Assembly: GCA_018645085.1 (NCBI GenBank)
Contig: JABGPG010000094.1
Location: forward strand, 1 to 45,197
Source of the DNA: Deltaproteobacteria bacterium
GTDB lineage: Bacteria > SAR324 > NAC60-12
Length of the DNA: 45,197 bases
Direction of reading: 5' to 3'
Positions within the stretch are counted from its first letter, which is position 1. Each line of letters opens with the position of its first letter. Shown here piece after piece: positions 8,823 through 17,711 of the stretch. The position numbers and the translations under genes are program-made. The notes beneath the pieces were generated by a model. That model searched no databases and was not told where the DNA came from. It worked only from the letters and a program-made list of their open reading frames with translations.

Positions 8823-10211
8823 ATGTCTCAAGACGAAAATACTCTCATCCTTGGAATTGGTGGAGTAGGCATGCACCTGGCTCAGCGTTTGGTGCATGAA
8901 GGTTATCCAGTGACCGTTATTGAAGCTGACGCCGATTTGCTGGCAGAGGCTGCGGAGACATTGGATGCGCGTTTGATTTGCGGGAATGCGATGCAGCTTT
9001 CAAGCTGGAGAGAAGCTCATGCAGAGGACATGGAACTGTTGATTGCTACCACCAACGATGATTCCACCAATATGCTGGCTTCGTTGATCGCGGACAGATT
9101 CGGTATTGAACGTAAAATTGTAAGAGCCCGTTCTATTGATTTAGTGGACGGAAGTATATTATCGCAGGAAGACCTGAAAATTGATTTGATAGTGCATCCG
9201 GAAGAACTGGTAGCACAGGAAATTTTTCGACTTGTGCAACGGGCCTCCTGTAATGATATCACACCAGTTGGTGATGGAAATATGCGCGTGCTTGCCATGC
9301 GGATAAATGAAGATTCTCCCCTGTTGTTCAAAACACCTAAAGAACTTTCCGCTACACATGCTGAATATAATTTCAGGGTTGTGGCGATTGCACGTGGCAT
9401 ATCTACTATTATTCCACAGGCAGAGGAACAGATACGGCCTTTCGATCAGGTTTTTATCATGGCACGCACAGAAGATATGCTGCCGCTGATGGACATGATG
9501 AAAATCGAGCATAAAATTATTGAACATATGATGATCCTTGGTGGTGGTATAGTAGGACGAAGGGTGGCTCAATTATTGGAGAAAGAAGTAGAGATAAAAC
9601 TCATTGAAAAGAATCCGGAACGTGCTGAACAACTTGCATCTGAATTGAAAAATACTGAGGTTATTCATGGTGATGGAACAGATGCAAATTTGCTTGTAAT
9701 GTCAGGACTGGATTCTACAGAATCTTTTATTGCGACAACTGGAGATAATGAAACTAACATCATTAGCTGCCTGCTGGCCAAACATTTAATGAATAGAAAT
9801 AATCGTGATCAACAGGGTGGACATGGAAAGACGATTGCGTTGGTCAACAAAGAAGATTATCTGGTTTTAGCATCCACAATTGGATTGGATATTGCCCTTA
9901 ACGCAAAAATATCTGCGGCCAATGAAATACTAAAATTCGTACGTCGAAATGAACTGTTATCAGTGGCGCATCTGCACGGTGTAGACGCAGAAGTTGTGGA
10001 GCTGATTGCTTCACCGAAATCGGAAATTATCCGAAAACCACTAAAAAAATTAGCGAACTACTTTCGTCAGCACAATATTTTGATAGGCGGTGTAGAGCAA
10101 GATGGAGTTTGGAAAGTTGCAGTCGGTACTACTGAAATAAAACAGCACAATCGTGTGGTTGCTGTTTGTTCCTCTCAAAACCTGAATAAAGTAAGACAGT
10201 TATTTAATTGA
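8823..10211 (+). CDS. trkA: Trk potassium-uptake system NAD-binding protein TrkA (two RCK modules)
   Basis: Two Rossmann motifs are present, ILGIGGVGMHLA and ILGGGIVGRRVA. The 462-aa tandem RCK architecture fits TrkA. Confidence 0.85.
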   Translation: MSQDENTLILGIGGVGMHLAQRLVHEGYPVTVIEADADLLAEAAETLDARLICGNAMQLSSWREAHAEDMELLIATTNDDSTNMLASLIADRFGIERKIVRARSIDLVDGSILSQEDLKIDLIVHPEELVAQEIFRLVQRASCNDITPVGDGNMRVLAMRINEDSPLLFKTPKELSATHAEYNFRVVAIARGISTIIPQAEEQIRPFDQVFIMARTEDMLPLMDMMKIEHKIIEHMMILGGGIVGRRVAQLLEKEVEIKLIEKNPERAEQLASELKNTEVIHGDGTDANLLVMSGLDSTESFIATTGDNETNIISCLLAKHLMNRNNRDQQGGHGKTIALVNKEDYLVLASTIGLDIALNAKISAANEILKFVRRNELLSVAHLHGVDAEVVELIASPKSEIIRKPLKKLANYFRQHNILIGGVEQDGVWKVAVGTTEIKQHNRVVAVCSSQNLNKVRQLFN

Positions 10212-10300
10212 AATAATAAACTATATTCCTCCATAAATTCTTTTTATTTATTTTTAAATAAAACCTACCATTCTTAAATGAATGGGTATATACTGTTTCA

Positions 10301-10633
10301 ATGAAATTTATGTTGAGTGGTGTAACCGGGATATTATTGCTTTCTGTGACAGCTTGCAGCCAGGAGCGAAGATATATTTACCCACAGGGACAACGTCTCG
10401 AACTTCAAAGGATCTGCCGTTCTGTAACTGCCGGAAATTCAAACAGGTTTATGGTTTTATTGGGAAAAATTTACCCCTTGAACAATGATGGTCCAACTGC
10501 TCCATTGGAAGAAATCAGCACCACTCTGGAAGATGCAGGTTATTTTTGTGGACCTTATCGCTTAAAAAACTCGGCTTGTCCTACAGGTAAAAACAGAAGA
10601 CTTGATAAGTCTAAGTGTGCCTTTTCAAGATAA
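10301..10633 (+). CDS. Small Cys-rich putative lipoprotein (hypothetical)
   Basis: The signal peptide has the lipobox LSVTAC. The predicted mature part has 4 further Cys. I recognise no family. Confidence 0.55.
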   Translation: MKFMLSGVTGILLLSVTACSQERRYIYPQGQRLELQRICRSVTAGNSNRFMVLLGKIYPLNNDGPTAPLEEISTTLEDAGYFCGPYRLKNSACPTGKNRRLDKSKCAFSR

Positions 10634-10760
10634 GTATTTGAAATAATTTGATTAATGTTAAATAATAAAATACAGCATTCTTCATTATGACCTGCAATAA
10701 TTATAAATCACTTCACTTTTGTAAAATATTTATCCAACCATTTGGAACGCTAAATTAACA

Positions 10761-10776
10761 TGGACAGTAAATTGCA
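10761..10776 (+). promoter_or_regulatory. Candidate sigma-54 (-24/-12) promoter upstream of ftsA
   Basis: TGGACAG-TAAA-TTGCA compared with consensus TGGCACG-N4-TTGCW. GG (10762-63) and GC (10774-75) have the exact 12-nt register. The site lies 75 nt upstream of the ftsA ATG. Confidence 0.3.
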
Positions 10777-10850
10777 CCCGACCAAGAGTCCGTTTTATTT
10801 ATTAACAAAAACTGCAATTAGAACAGAAATTTATTGGACGAGGAGCATGG

Positions 10851-12092
10851 ATGCCATCGAACACTAAAAATAATAATTTGATCGTAGGCCTGGATATAGG
10901 TACTACAAAAATATGTGCAATTGCGGTTCAAGACGATGGCTCAGAAGAATTGAATGTAGTTGGTGTCGGCACCGCGAAATCAGATGGTTTGCGCAAAGGT
11001 GTTGTTGTCAACATTGAAAAGACAGTCAAAGCTATTAAAAAGGCAGTTGAAGAATGTGAATTAATGTGTGGAGCGCAGATTCGTTCTGTTTATGCAGGAA
11101 TTGCGGGACATCATATTAGAGGACAAAACAGCCGTGGAATGGTCACGGTTTATCATAACCGGATAGTTACTGAAGAAGATATTCGACGTGTAATCGACGC
11201 AGCTCAGGTGTTGATTCCAAATGACAGGGAGGTTTTGCATATTCTTCCCCAGGAATTCATCGTGGATGATCAGGATGGAGTGCAAAATCCACTCGGCATG
11301 GCGGCAGCTCGCTTAGAGGTTAATGTTCATATTGTAACTGGTTCAGTAACTTCAGCACAAAATATTATCAAATGCTGCAACCAGTCAGGATTAGATGTTG
11401 AGGACATAGTTTTGGAGCCTTTGTCTTCAAGTCAGGCAGTTCTCAGTCCGGATGAACAAGAGGTTGGTGTGGTACTGGTTGATATAGGTGGGGGTACAAC
11501 GGATGTTACGATTTATTCTGAAGGAAGTATTGTCCATACCTCAGTATTAGCCCTCGGAGGGAATCATTTGACACACGATATTGCGATTGGCCTGGGTGCT
11601 CCTTTGCGTGAAGCAGAGGATATCAAACACAAGTACGGGGTAGCGATGGCCAGTATGGTGGAAGAAGACGAAATGATAGACGTCCCAAGTGTTGGCGGTA
11701 GAAATAATCGTACAATGCAGAAAAAGGTGCTTGCGAGTATTATCGAGGATCGATTCAGGGAAATATTTGAATTGATTGCTCATGAAATTGAGAAGACTCA
11801 TTTTCACACACTGATGGCTTCAGGAGTAGTAATAACAGGCGGAACTTGCATTATGTCAGGTGCAGACCGGCTTGCTTCTCAAGTTTTAAATTTACCTGTC
11901 CGAGTGGGGTATCCTGAAAATATCTCAGGTTTACGTGAAATGATTTATTCTCCCAAGTATGCAACAAGTGTAGGACTTGTACGATATGGAATTACCAGTA
12001 ATCAAGGGAAATTGAATTTTGTTGGTGACGACACCAATTTGTTTCATAAAGTATCCAGAAGAATGAAAGACTGGATGCAAGATTTCTTTTAG
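10851..12092 (+). CDS. ftsA: Cell division protein FtsA
   Basis: Actin-fold motifs GLDIGTTKICA and VDIGGGTTDV are present. The C-terminal amphipathic tail is ..RRMKDWMQDFF. The gene lies directly upstream of ftsZ. Confidence 0.93.
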   Translation: MPSNTKNNNLIVGLDIGTTKICAIAVQDDGSEELNVVGVGTAKSDGLRKGVVVNIEKTVKAIKKAVEECELMCGAQIRSVYAGIAGHHIRGQNSRGMVTVYHNRIVTEEDIRRVIDAAQVLIPNDREVLHILPQEFIVDDQDGVQNPLGMAAARLEVNVHIVTGSVTSAQNIIKCCNQSGLDVEDIVLEPLSSSQAVLSPDEQEVGVVLVDIGGGTTDVTIYSEGSIVHTSVLALGGNHLTHDIAIGLGAPLREAEDIKHKYGVAMASMVEEDEMIDVPSVGGRNNRTMQKKVLASIIEDRFREIFELIAHEIEKTHFHTLMASGVVITGGTCIMSGADRLASQVLNLPVRVGYPENISGLREMIYSPKYATSVGLVRYGITSNQGKLNFVGDDTNLFHKVSRRMKDWMQDFF

Positions 12093-12152
12093 TATTAAAT
12101 TATAAGATCAATAGCAAACCCGATTTAGTAGCAACAAAAAATGGAGAAAAAT

Positions 12153-13943
12153 ATGCTTAATTTTTCTGATATCCAACCTGTTCGTGATGACACTCCGAAT
12201 ATCAAAGTTGTCGGAGTTGGCGGAGGTGGAGGCAATGCCGTAAATCGTATGATCCAGTCAGGTGTTCAAGGTGTTGATTTCATCGTGGCAAATACAGATT
12301 TGCAGGATTTACGTAAGTCTCTTGCCCCGCAAAAATTACAGATTGGAAGTCAGTGTTCTCGAGGACTCGGAGCAGGTGCTAAACCGGAAATGGGCCGTAA
12401 CGCTGCTTTAGAAAGTATTGATCAAATTAAGGATGCCCTCCAGGGCGCTGACATGGTTTTTCTGGCCGCGGGGATGGGTGGTGGAACAGGAACCGGTGGA
12501 ACTCCAATTGTAGCTCAGGTTGCTCAGGACATTAAAGCACTCACCGTTGGTGTTGTAACACTGCCTTTTAATTTCGAAGCAAAAAAACGACGCAAGGCAG
12601 CAAATTCAGGGGTACTTGAATTGAGAGATCATGTAGATACCTTGATTGTAGTTCCTAACGAAAATTTATTCAGTATCATAAATCGTCGTACACCGATGAC
12701 AGAGGCCTTTGGTTATGCAGATGATGTGTTGCGTCAGGGTGTTCAGGGAATTTCTGACCTGATAACCAGAGACGGTTTAGTCAATTTGGACTTTGCGGAT
12801 GTCCGGACAGTAATGGCCAATAAAGGTAAGGCCGTTATGGGTACCGGGATGGCCTCAGGAGAAAACAGGGCAAGACATGCTGCAGAACAGGCTTTACACA
12901 GTCCCTTGTTAAATGACAATCGAATTGATGGTGCAAGAGGTATTTTAATCAATGTCGTGGGTGGAATGTCAATGGGCATGCAGGAGGTTGACGAAGCATC
13001 AACTTTTATTAAGGAACACGGTCACAAAGATGCAGAAATAATTTGGGGTGCAGCTATCAATCCGGATTTTGACGATCAAATGATGATCACGGTAATTGCT
13101 ACAGGTTTTGAGGAGCAAGATGAAGATACTGTAAAAGTAACCGTCCCGGCCTTACCGGTAATGCCGTTTGATCGGTTTGCAGATTCTCAGGAGCAAAGCA
13201 AATCGAATTATCCTTCTGAAAATGATAAAAACCATGCTGAAGTTGAACATGAAATTGCAGCCATGGATTCCCTGGGTAGTTTCAACAGGGTGGTTCAAAA
13301 TGTAGATTCTGCTGAATTAACACAAAATTCCGTACCTCTTAACGGAACAGAGACAGAAAGTAAACTCACTATGTTTACGGCAAATGACGAAATTGCTGAA
13401 GATGAAGGAGTTGAAACTGATCAGGAAGAAATTAGGCAATATGAATCGCAAGTATTTTCCGCCGAAAATGATGCTCAGGCCATTGATACAAACAAGGATT
13501 CAGTATCTGCAGATGAGTCAGCAGAGAACAAGATGGAGCAAGTAGGAACAGAAATAGACACACCTGTCGACTTAACAAATGAATCTCCTTTAGAGGAGGA
13601 TACTGCTTTTTCTACATTAAGTAAGGGTGAAGAAGTAACCGGAGCATTTGAAGATTTGCCTATGGACATACCTTCATCAGACTTGATAGATGCTGAAACT
13701 TATTCAATAGATAGCCAGTCACATGACTCCAGCAGGGTGAACGGTGAGGAAAAAGCTGTCGAAAAATCCCTGTCTTATGCAGATATTCTTTCGGAAAAAA
13801 CTACTGATGCTGAAACCAGCACAGTTGAAACCAGCCCGTTGATTCCGGATTGGGCGAATCAGACTGAAAATCCTGCATTTTATCAAAATTTAGACATTCC
13901 TACTTTTCTAAGAAGACGCGGGTCAAATAGACCTCGACAATAA
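12153..13943 (+). CDS. ftsZ: Cell division GTPase FtsZ with a long acidic C-terminal linker
   Basis: [13 protein letters not shown] and the tubulin signature [12 protein letters not shown] are present. The conserved C-terminal peptide is [10 protein letters not shown] prefer ATG 12153 because GGAGA at 12143-12147 sits 5 nt upstream; the track start at 12141 overlaps that SD. Confidence 0.95.
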   Translation: MLNFSDIQPVRDDTPNIKVVGVGGGGGNAVNRMIQSGVQGVDFIVANTDLQDLRKSLAPQKLQIGSQCSRGLGAGAKPEMGRNAALESIDQIKDALQGADMVFLAAGMGGGTGTGGTPIVAQVAQDIKALTVGVVTLPFNFEAKKRRKAANSGVLELRDHVDTLIVVPNENLFSIINRRTPMTEAFGYADDVLRQGVQGISDLITRDGLVNLDFADVRTVMANKGKAVMGTGMASGENRARHAAEQALHSPLLNDNRIDGARGILINVVGGMSMGMQEVDEASTFIKEHGHKDAEIIWGAAINPDFDDQMMITVIATGFEEQDEDTVKVTVPALPVMPFDRFADSQEQSKSNYPSENDKNHAEVEHEIAAMDSLGSFNRVVQNVDSAELTQNSVPLNGTETESKLTMFTANDEIAEDEGVETDQEEIRQYESQVFSAENDAQAIDTNKDSVSADESAENKMEQVGTEIDTPVDLTNESPLEEDTAFSTLSKGEEVTGAFEDLPMDIPSSDLIDAETYSIDSQSHDSSRVNGEEKAVEKSLSYADILSEKTTDAETSTVETSPLIPDWANQTENPAFYQNLDIPTFLRRRGSNRPRQ

Positions 13944-14170
13944 AAAAACTTGTGGTTCTATTTCGTTCTCATTATCCTTACCCTCTGAAGTCAAAAAGCG
14001 GAGTGGTTGCTGGATAAATTCTGAGATTATGAGATAACACAAGTGCCATCCAGTATAATTTAGTCTGTCAATTTCTGACGTCACTCCCAATTATTTAGTG
14101 TTCAAAGTAGGTGTCTCCTGTAGTTTGGATTCTCTGCTTTAAAGAATTAAACTTTTGTAGTTTGTTTTTT

Positions 14171-15046
14171 ATGAAATCAATACGCACCTTGTATTATTCA
14201 ACTTTAGGCCTTTTAGGTGGCCTCTGCGGTTGGGCTTTAATGCAAAGCGGGTTTCATGTTTTTGATGCTCTTTCCGCCGCTGGAATTCCAGGACTGAACA
14301 TTGTCTGGCTCAATAAATTTATCTATGAAGGGGCTTTGATAGGCCTGGGCTTAGGCATGCTTTTACAGGCGAGAGTTTCACTTTGGTACCATCATGACTT
14401 GGTACACATTATGTCCAAAATGCTCTTTGGAGCTGTTGTTGGTTCGGCCACAGGGCTATTTTGCTTTGGCTTAGGTCATTTTATGCAGACCTGGCAGATA
14501 TCGCCCATACTAAGCCGTTTGACAAGTTGGACACTTTTAGGATTATTTATTGTTGGAACCACTGAGTATTTACGCTCCCATTCAGGAATATTATGGCCAC
14601 GGATCATTAGTGGAGGAATAGGAGGATTTATCGGTGGTGGAATTTTTGAATTATTAATGCTGTATCAGATGAGCGGTCCGGAACACCTCTATGGGTTAAT
14701 TCTGGCCGGTTTCAGCATCTCTTTACTTATTGGACTGTATGAAAATCGCGTTACTTCTTTTGCTTTAAGAGTCTTATCAGGCAAACAGGAAGGACAAATA
14801 TTTTTACTTGATCAAAATAAATTTAGCTTAGGTTATGGTTCACAGAATGATTTCATTCTAAATGGTTATGCAGAAGTGTGTAACTTACATGCGCATATTT
14901 ACAAAAAAGACGATCAGGTCTTTATTGAAAATACAGACGCAGATAATGAAGTCTTTGTGAATTATCGTCAGATTGATCAACAAGCCATGAAAAAAGGAGA
15001 TGTCATCAAAATTGGTACAGCGCAATTGCAGTACTATGAAATCTGA
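14171..15046 (+). CDS. Polytopic membrane protein (about 6 TM segments) with a C-terminal FHA domain
   Basis: There are six hydrophobic segments. The C-terminus then reads FSLGYGSQNDFIL..VCNLHAHIY..IENTDADNEVFVNYRQI...KKGDVIKIGTAQLQY, which is an FHA pattern. I prefer ATG 14171 (MKSIRT..) over the GTG at 14111. Confidence 0.75.
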   Translation: MKSIRTLYYSTLGLLGGLCGWALMQSGFHVFDALSAAGIPGLNIVWLNKFIYEGALIGLGLGMLLQARVSLWYHHDLVHIMSKMLFGAVVGSATGLFCFGLGHFMQTWQISPILSRLTSWTLLGLFIVGTTEYLRSHSGILWPRIISGGIGGFIGGGIFELLMLYQMSGPEHLYGLILAGFSISLLIGLYENRVTSFALRVLSGKQEGQIFLLDQNKFSLGYGSQNDFILNGYAEVCNLHAHIYKKDDQVFIENTDADNEVFVNYRQIDQQAMKKGDVIKIGTAQLQYYEI

Positions 15047-16068
15047 TGTTCTCTCAAATATTTCTAATTCTCCGTGCCTGCGCAGCTAGCGTTGGCCTGA
15101 TTATTATTGGCGTCTTTTATTCGACATTGTTGCCGGCTGCAGAAGATGCAGTTACGGAAAGTGTGTTGAATGAGACCGATACGTCTCTTTCGTTTACGGA
15201 CTATATTTTTCCGGAAACGTACTTCCTTAAGATTGGTGACAATCCTCTCCTGACTTTTGCTGAATCACTGTTAGTATTTGCAGCAGTTCTTTTAGTTGTC
15301 TATGCTCTCTGGTTTCTGCAAAAACCTAAAGTGAATACACTTTCGGGTGCAGGTTTTAAGCTGCTCAATCTCAATGAGCAGACTTCTTTCATTCCGCTTA
15401 AAACAGAAGTTCAATCGCTTGAATTTCTGGCAAAGATTCAAACGAGTAACAAATATCGTTTGTCAGCAAATTTAAATCGGGTGACCTTAACTCCGCATCA
15501 GAACACTTTTTTGCTGGAGGACAAGAATTACAAAAATGCATTGCTGATCAATCGTAGACGTTCCCATCGTACAATCCTCTGCGATAATGACGTTTTGGAT
15601 GTAGGTGAAATGACCCTCCTCTACTGCAACAATGATGTACCTGCCGGTAAAATTCAACGTACTGCACGGATGGATTATCAACTACCTGTCTCCGGAGTTA
15701 AACCTAAAGGACCACTTCAAAAAGGAACCCCAATATTAACTCCCGCCGGGAGTCAGCAGGATATTCAGTTAGTAAGAAATATGAATACTTTAGGTTCATC
15801 TAATTTCAATGACGTTATCATAAGCAGTGATCAAGTTGCGTTGAGGCACGCAAAAATATATAAGGTAGGTCAATCATGGAAAATTCAAAACCTGCTTAAT
15901 CATGAAACTACTACTGTGAATGGTCGCAGGATTGATCAGCGTTTTCTGCAGGATGGTGATGAAATTGCGGTTGGAGATACATCATTCAAGTTCAGAATCA
16001 GCAAAGTCCAGACGAAGCAGACACGCAGGCCCAGAACTGAAACTGCTAAAAAATCTGTCAAAACTTAA
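15046..16068 (+). CDS. Membrane-anchored FHA-domain protein (C-terminal FHA plus a possible degenerate FHA-like module)
   Basis: Two N-terminal hydrophobic segments are present. The C-terminal FHA pattern is LGSSNFNDVIISSDQVALRHAKIY..IQNLLNHETTTVNGRRI..LQDGDEIAVGDTSFKF. An upstream FHA-like tail reads ALLINRRRS.RTILCDNDVLDVGEMTLLY. Its ATG overlaps the previous stop (TGATG). Confidence 0.75.
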   Translation: MFSQIFLILRACAASVGLIIIGVFYSTLLPAAEDAVTESVLNETDTSLSFTDYIFPETYFLKIGDNPLLTFAESLLVFAAVLLVVYALWFLQKPKVNTLSGAGFKLLNLNEQTSFIPLKTEVQSLEFLAKIQTSNKYRLSANLNRVTLTPHQNTFLLEDKNYKNALLINRRRSHRTILCDNDVLDVGEMTLLYCNNDVPAGKIQRTARMDYQLPVSGVKPKGPLQKGTPILTPAGSQQDIQLVRNMNTLGSSNFNDVIISSDQVALRHAKIYKVGQSWKIQNLLNHETTTVNGRRIDQRFLQDGDEIAVGDTSFKFRISKVQTKQTRRPRTETAKKSVKT

Positions 16069-17711
16069 TCTACGCTCAGGACGTAACGAAAGGACTGGTA
16101 GCTGCCGGTTACATCTTCAAGGAAACCTACCTCATCAGCTATTCTAAGATAAAATGTCTGGTTGCCTTCAGGCATTTTAAATTTGAACTTAAATTTCTTC
16201 TTCTTTCCCAGCCTGTAGGATTTAATACGTTTACGGTCTTGATCAAACAAGGTGAGTTTAGGCCGCAGATTTGTTTTTCCGAGACGTGACCAACTCAGGC
16301 TGAGCACATTGTTTGCTTCTTTTGTCTCATTGTCAACTGGAGCGTCTATCCTGAACAAGGTGCTGTCTCCCCGATGCCGAATGTGGTCGTAAACTGAGCT
16401 TGTCAAAGGCAGGCTGTAGGTTTGTTTTAGTGTTCGTAAAGGTACCTTAAGGTTTGGTTGCAGTAATTCTTCTTCGGGGGATTCTGACTCAACAAGTCCA
16501 CTTTCCAACAGCGTGTTCAGGAATGGTTCCAGAGTTGCTGGAATTTCTTTCCATTTCACCTCAATTACTAAAAATGTGTTTTCCCAGTAGACTGAAGTTA
16601 TCCGAAACGGTGCTTCAGGTGGTGCATTGAATTCTCTTAAGATCGTCCCCTGCTTTCCTAGATAAAGAGCCTGATAAGTAAGGTATTTACTGGAAATTGT
16701 AGCTAAATTTAGTTTTTCCCAACGTGGGTTATTCTGAAATAAAGTTTTAATTAACAGTTGTTCTTCGATTGGTCCGGGAATTCCTTTAAATTTGAGCTTT
16801 AGCTGTTCAGCCAGCCCCTGGTCCATCTCTAATGTTTTTAGAATAACAGGAGTCCATTCAAGCAACAGCTTGTCAAGGATCTGCGGAATAATCTCTTCCG
16901 TCTGCCATGAGGTATATGACAGCTTTGCGCGGACTCTGGTTGCGCTTCTTGAAGACTCCGGGATGTCTGCTTTTTGTGACCAAAATATTAGTTGCGCACT
17001 TAGCTTGCCTTGTTGAGATTGTTCCGGTTGTGGAGAAAGGCGGAGTTTCAGTTCCAGTAAAGCCAATGCTGTACCGTCACTGTTTACGGTCGTTTTATTT
17101 GCTAACAAATCCAGGCGCGCAGTTAGACCGTCAGCAAGAGTTAAATTACGGTTTTCAATGATAATAACTTTGGGGCGAATACGGTAAGGTCGCAGGCGTG
17201 TCTGCAATTGAGCTAAAAACTTGTCTAAAACTTTTGTCTGCCGCAGAGCATTGTCTGCGTCATAGAATAGAAAAACATCACGGGATGAGATTCTTTCTTC
17301 TTGTGTAGGCAGTCCTAATTTACGAAAAGCAGACAATAAACGTGAACGAAAAATCTGCGTTTCTATTTTTAAAGTGAATTCAGTCAGGTCTGAAGTATTT
17401 CCTTCACTGATTACCCGAATTGATTCGATGAAAAAATCCGGCTGCTCCAGAAAATGCTGTTGCAAAAGCGGTTTCAGTGAAACCGTGCTGTTAAAATCAA
17501 GAAACCTCCCGACTGCCTGCAGGATTACTTGTGCTTTTGCATCTTTCAATGCTTCGGCTTTTGCTCTTACCAGATTGTCGCGTTGAATAACAACAGTTGA
17601 CTCTGCCTCTTCAATAAACAGACTCTGCCCCAGTAATGGTGTAGACAAGAGTCCGCAAATTAGTAATGCAATTAATAGTTTGAGTATGTTTGAAGATGAA
17701 TAACTGCTCAT
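16065..17711 (-). CDS. Exported hypothetical protein, 548 aa
   Basis: It is a long uninterrupted ORF with an N-terminal signal or anchor (LLIALLICGLLSTPLLG). Its ATG shares a base with the upstream pgm-family stop (TAATG). I am confident of no family. The C-terminal ~110 aa looks like a PPC-type beta-sandwich tail (..FYLRIADEVG....GSYQSFRYVLSV). Confidence 0.7.
   Translation of the reverse strand: MSSYSSSNILKLLIALLICGLLSTPLLGQSLFIEEAESTVVIQRDNLVRAKAEALKDAKAQVILQAVGRFLDFNSTVSLKPLLQQHFLEQPDFFIESIRVISEGNTSDLTEFTLKIETQIFRSRLLSAFRKLGLPTQEERISSRDVFLFYDADNALRQTKVLDKFLAQLQTRLRPYRIRPKVIIIENRNLTLADGLTARLDLLANKTTVNSDGTALALLELKLRLSPQPEQSQQGKLSAQLIFWSQKADIPESSRSATRVRAKLSYTSWQTEEIIPQILDKLLLEWTPVILKTLEMDQGLAEQLKLKFKGIPGPIEEQLLIKTLFQNNPRWEKLNLATISSKYLTYQALYLGKQGTILREFNAPPEAPFRITSVYWENTFLVIEVKWKEIPATLEPFLNTLLESGLVESESPEEELLQPNLKVPLRTLKQTYSLPLTSSVYDHIRHRGDSTLFRIDAPVDNETKEANNVLSLSWSRLGKTNLRPKLTLFDQDRKRIKSYRLGKKKKFKFKFKMPEGNQTFYLRIADEVGFLEDVTGSYQSFRYVLSVD

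Noticed and set aside
14111-14170. GTG-initiated 20-aa extension of the first FHA protein
   Set aside because: ATG 14171 gives a typical short cytoplasmic N-terminus before TM1, and the extension has no supporting SD. It cannot be excluded without proteomic or Ribo-seq data.
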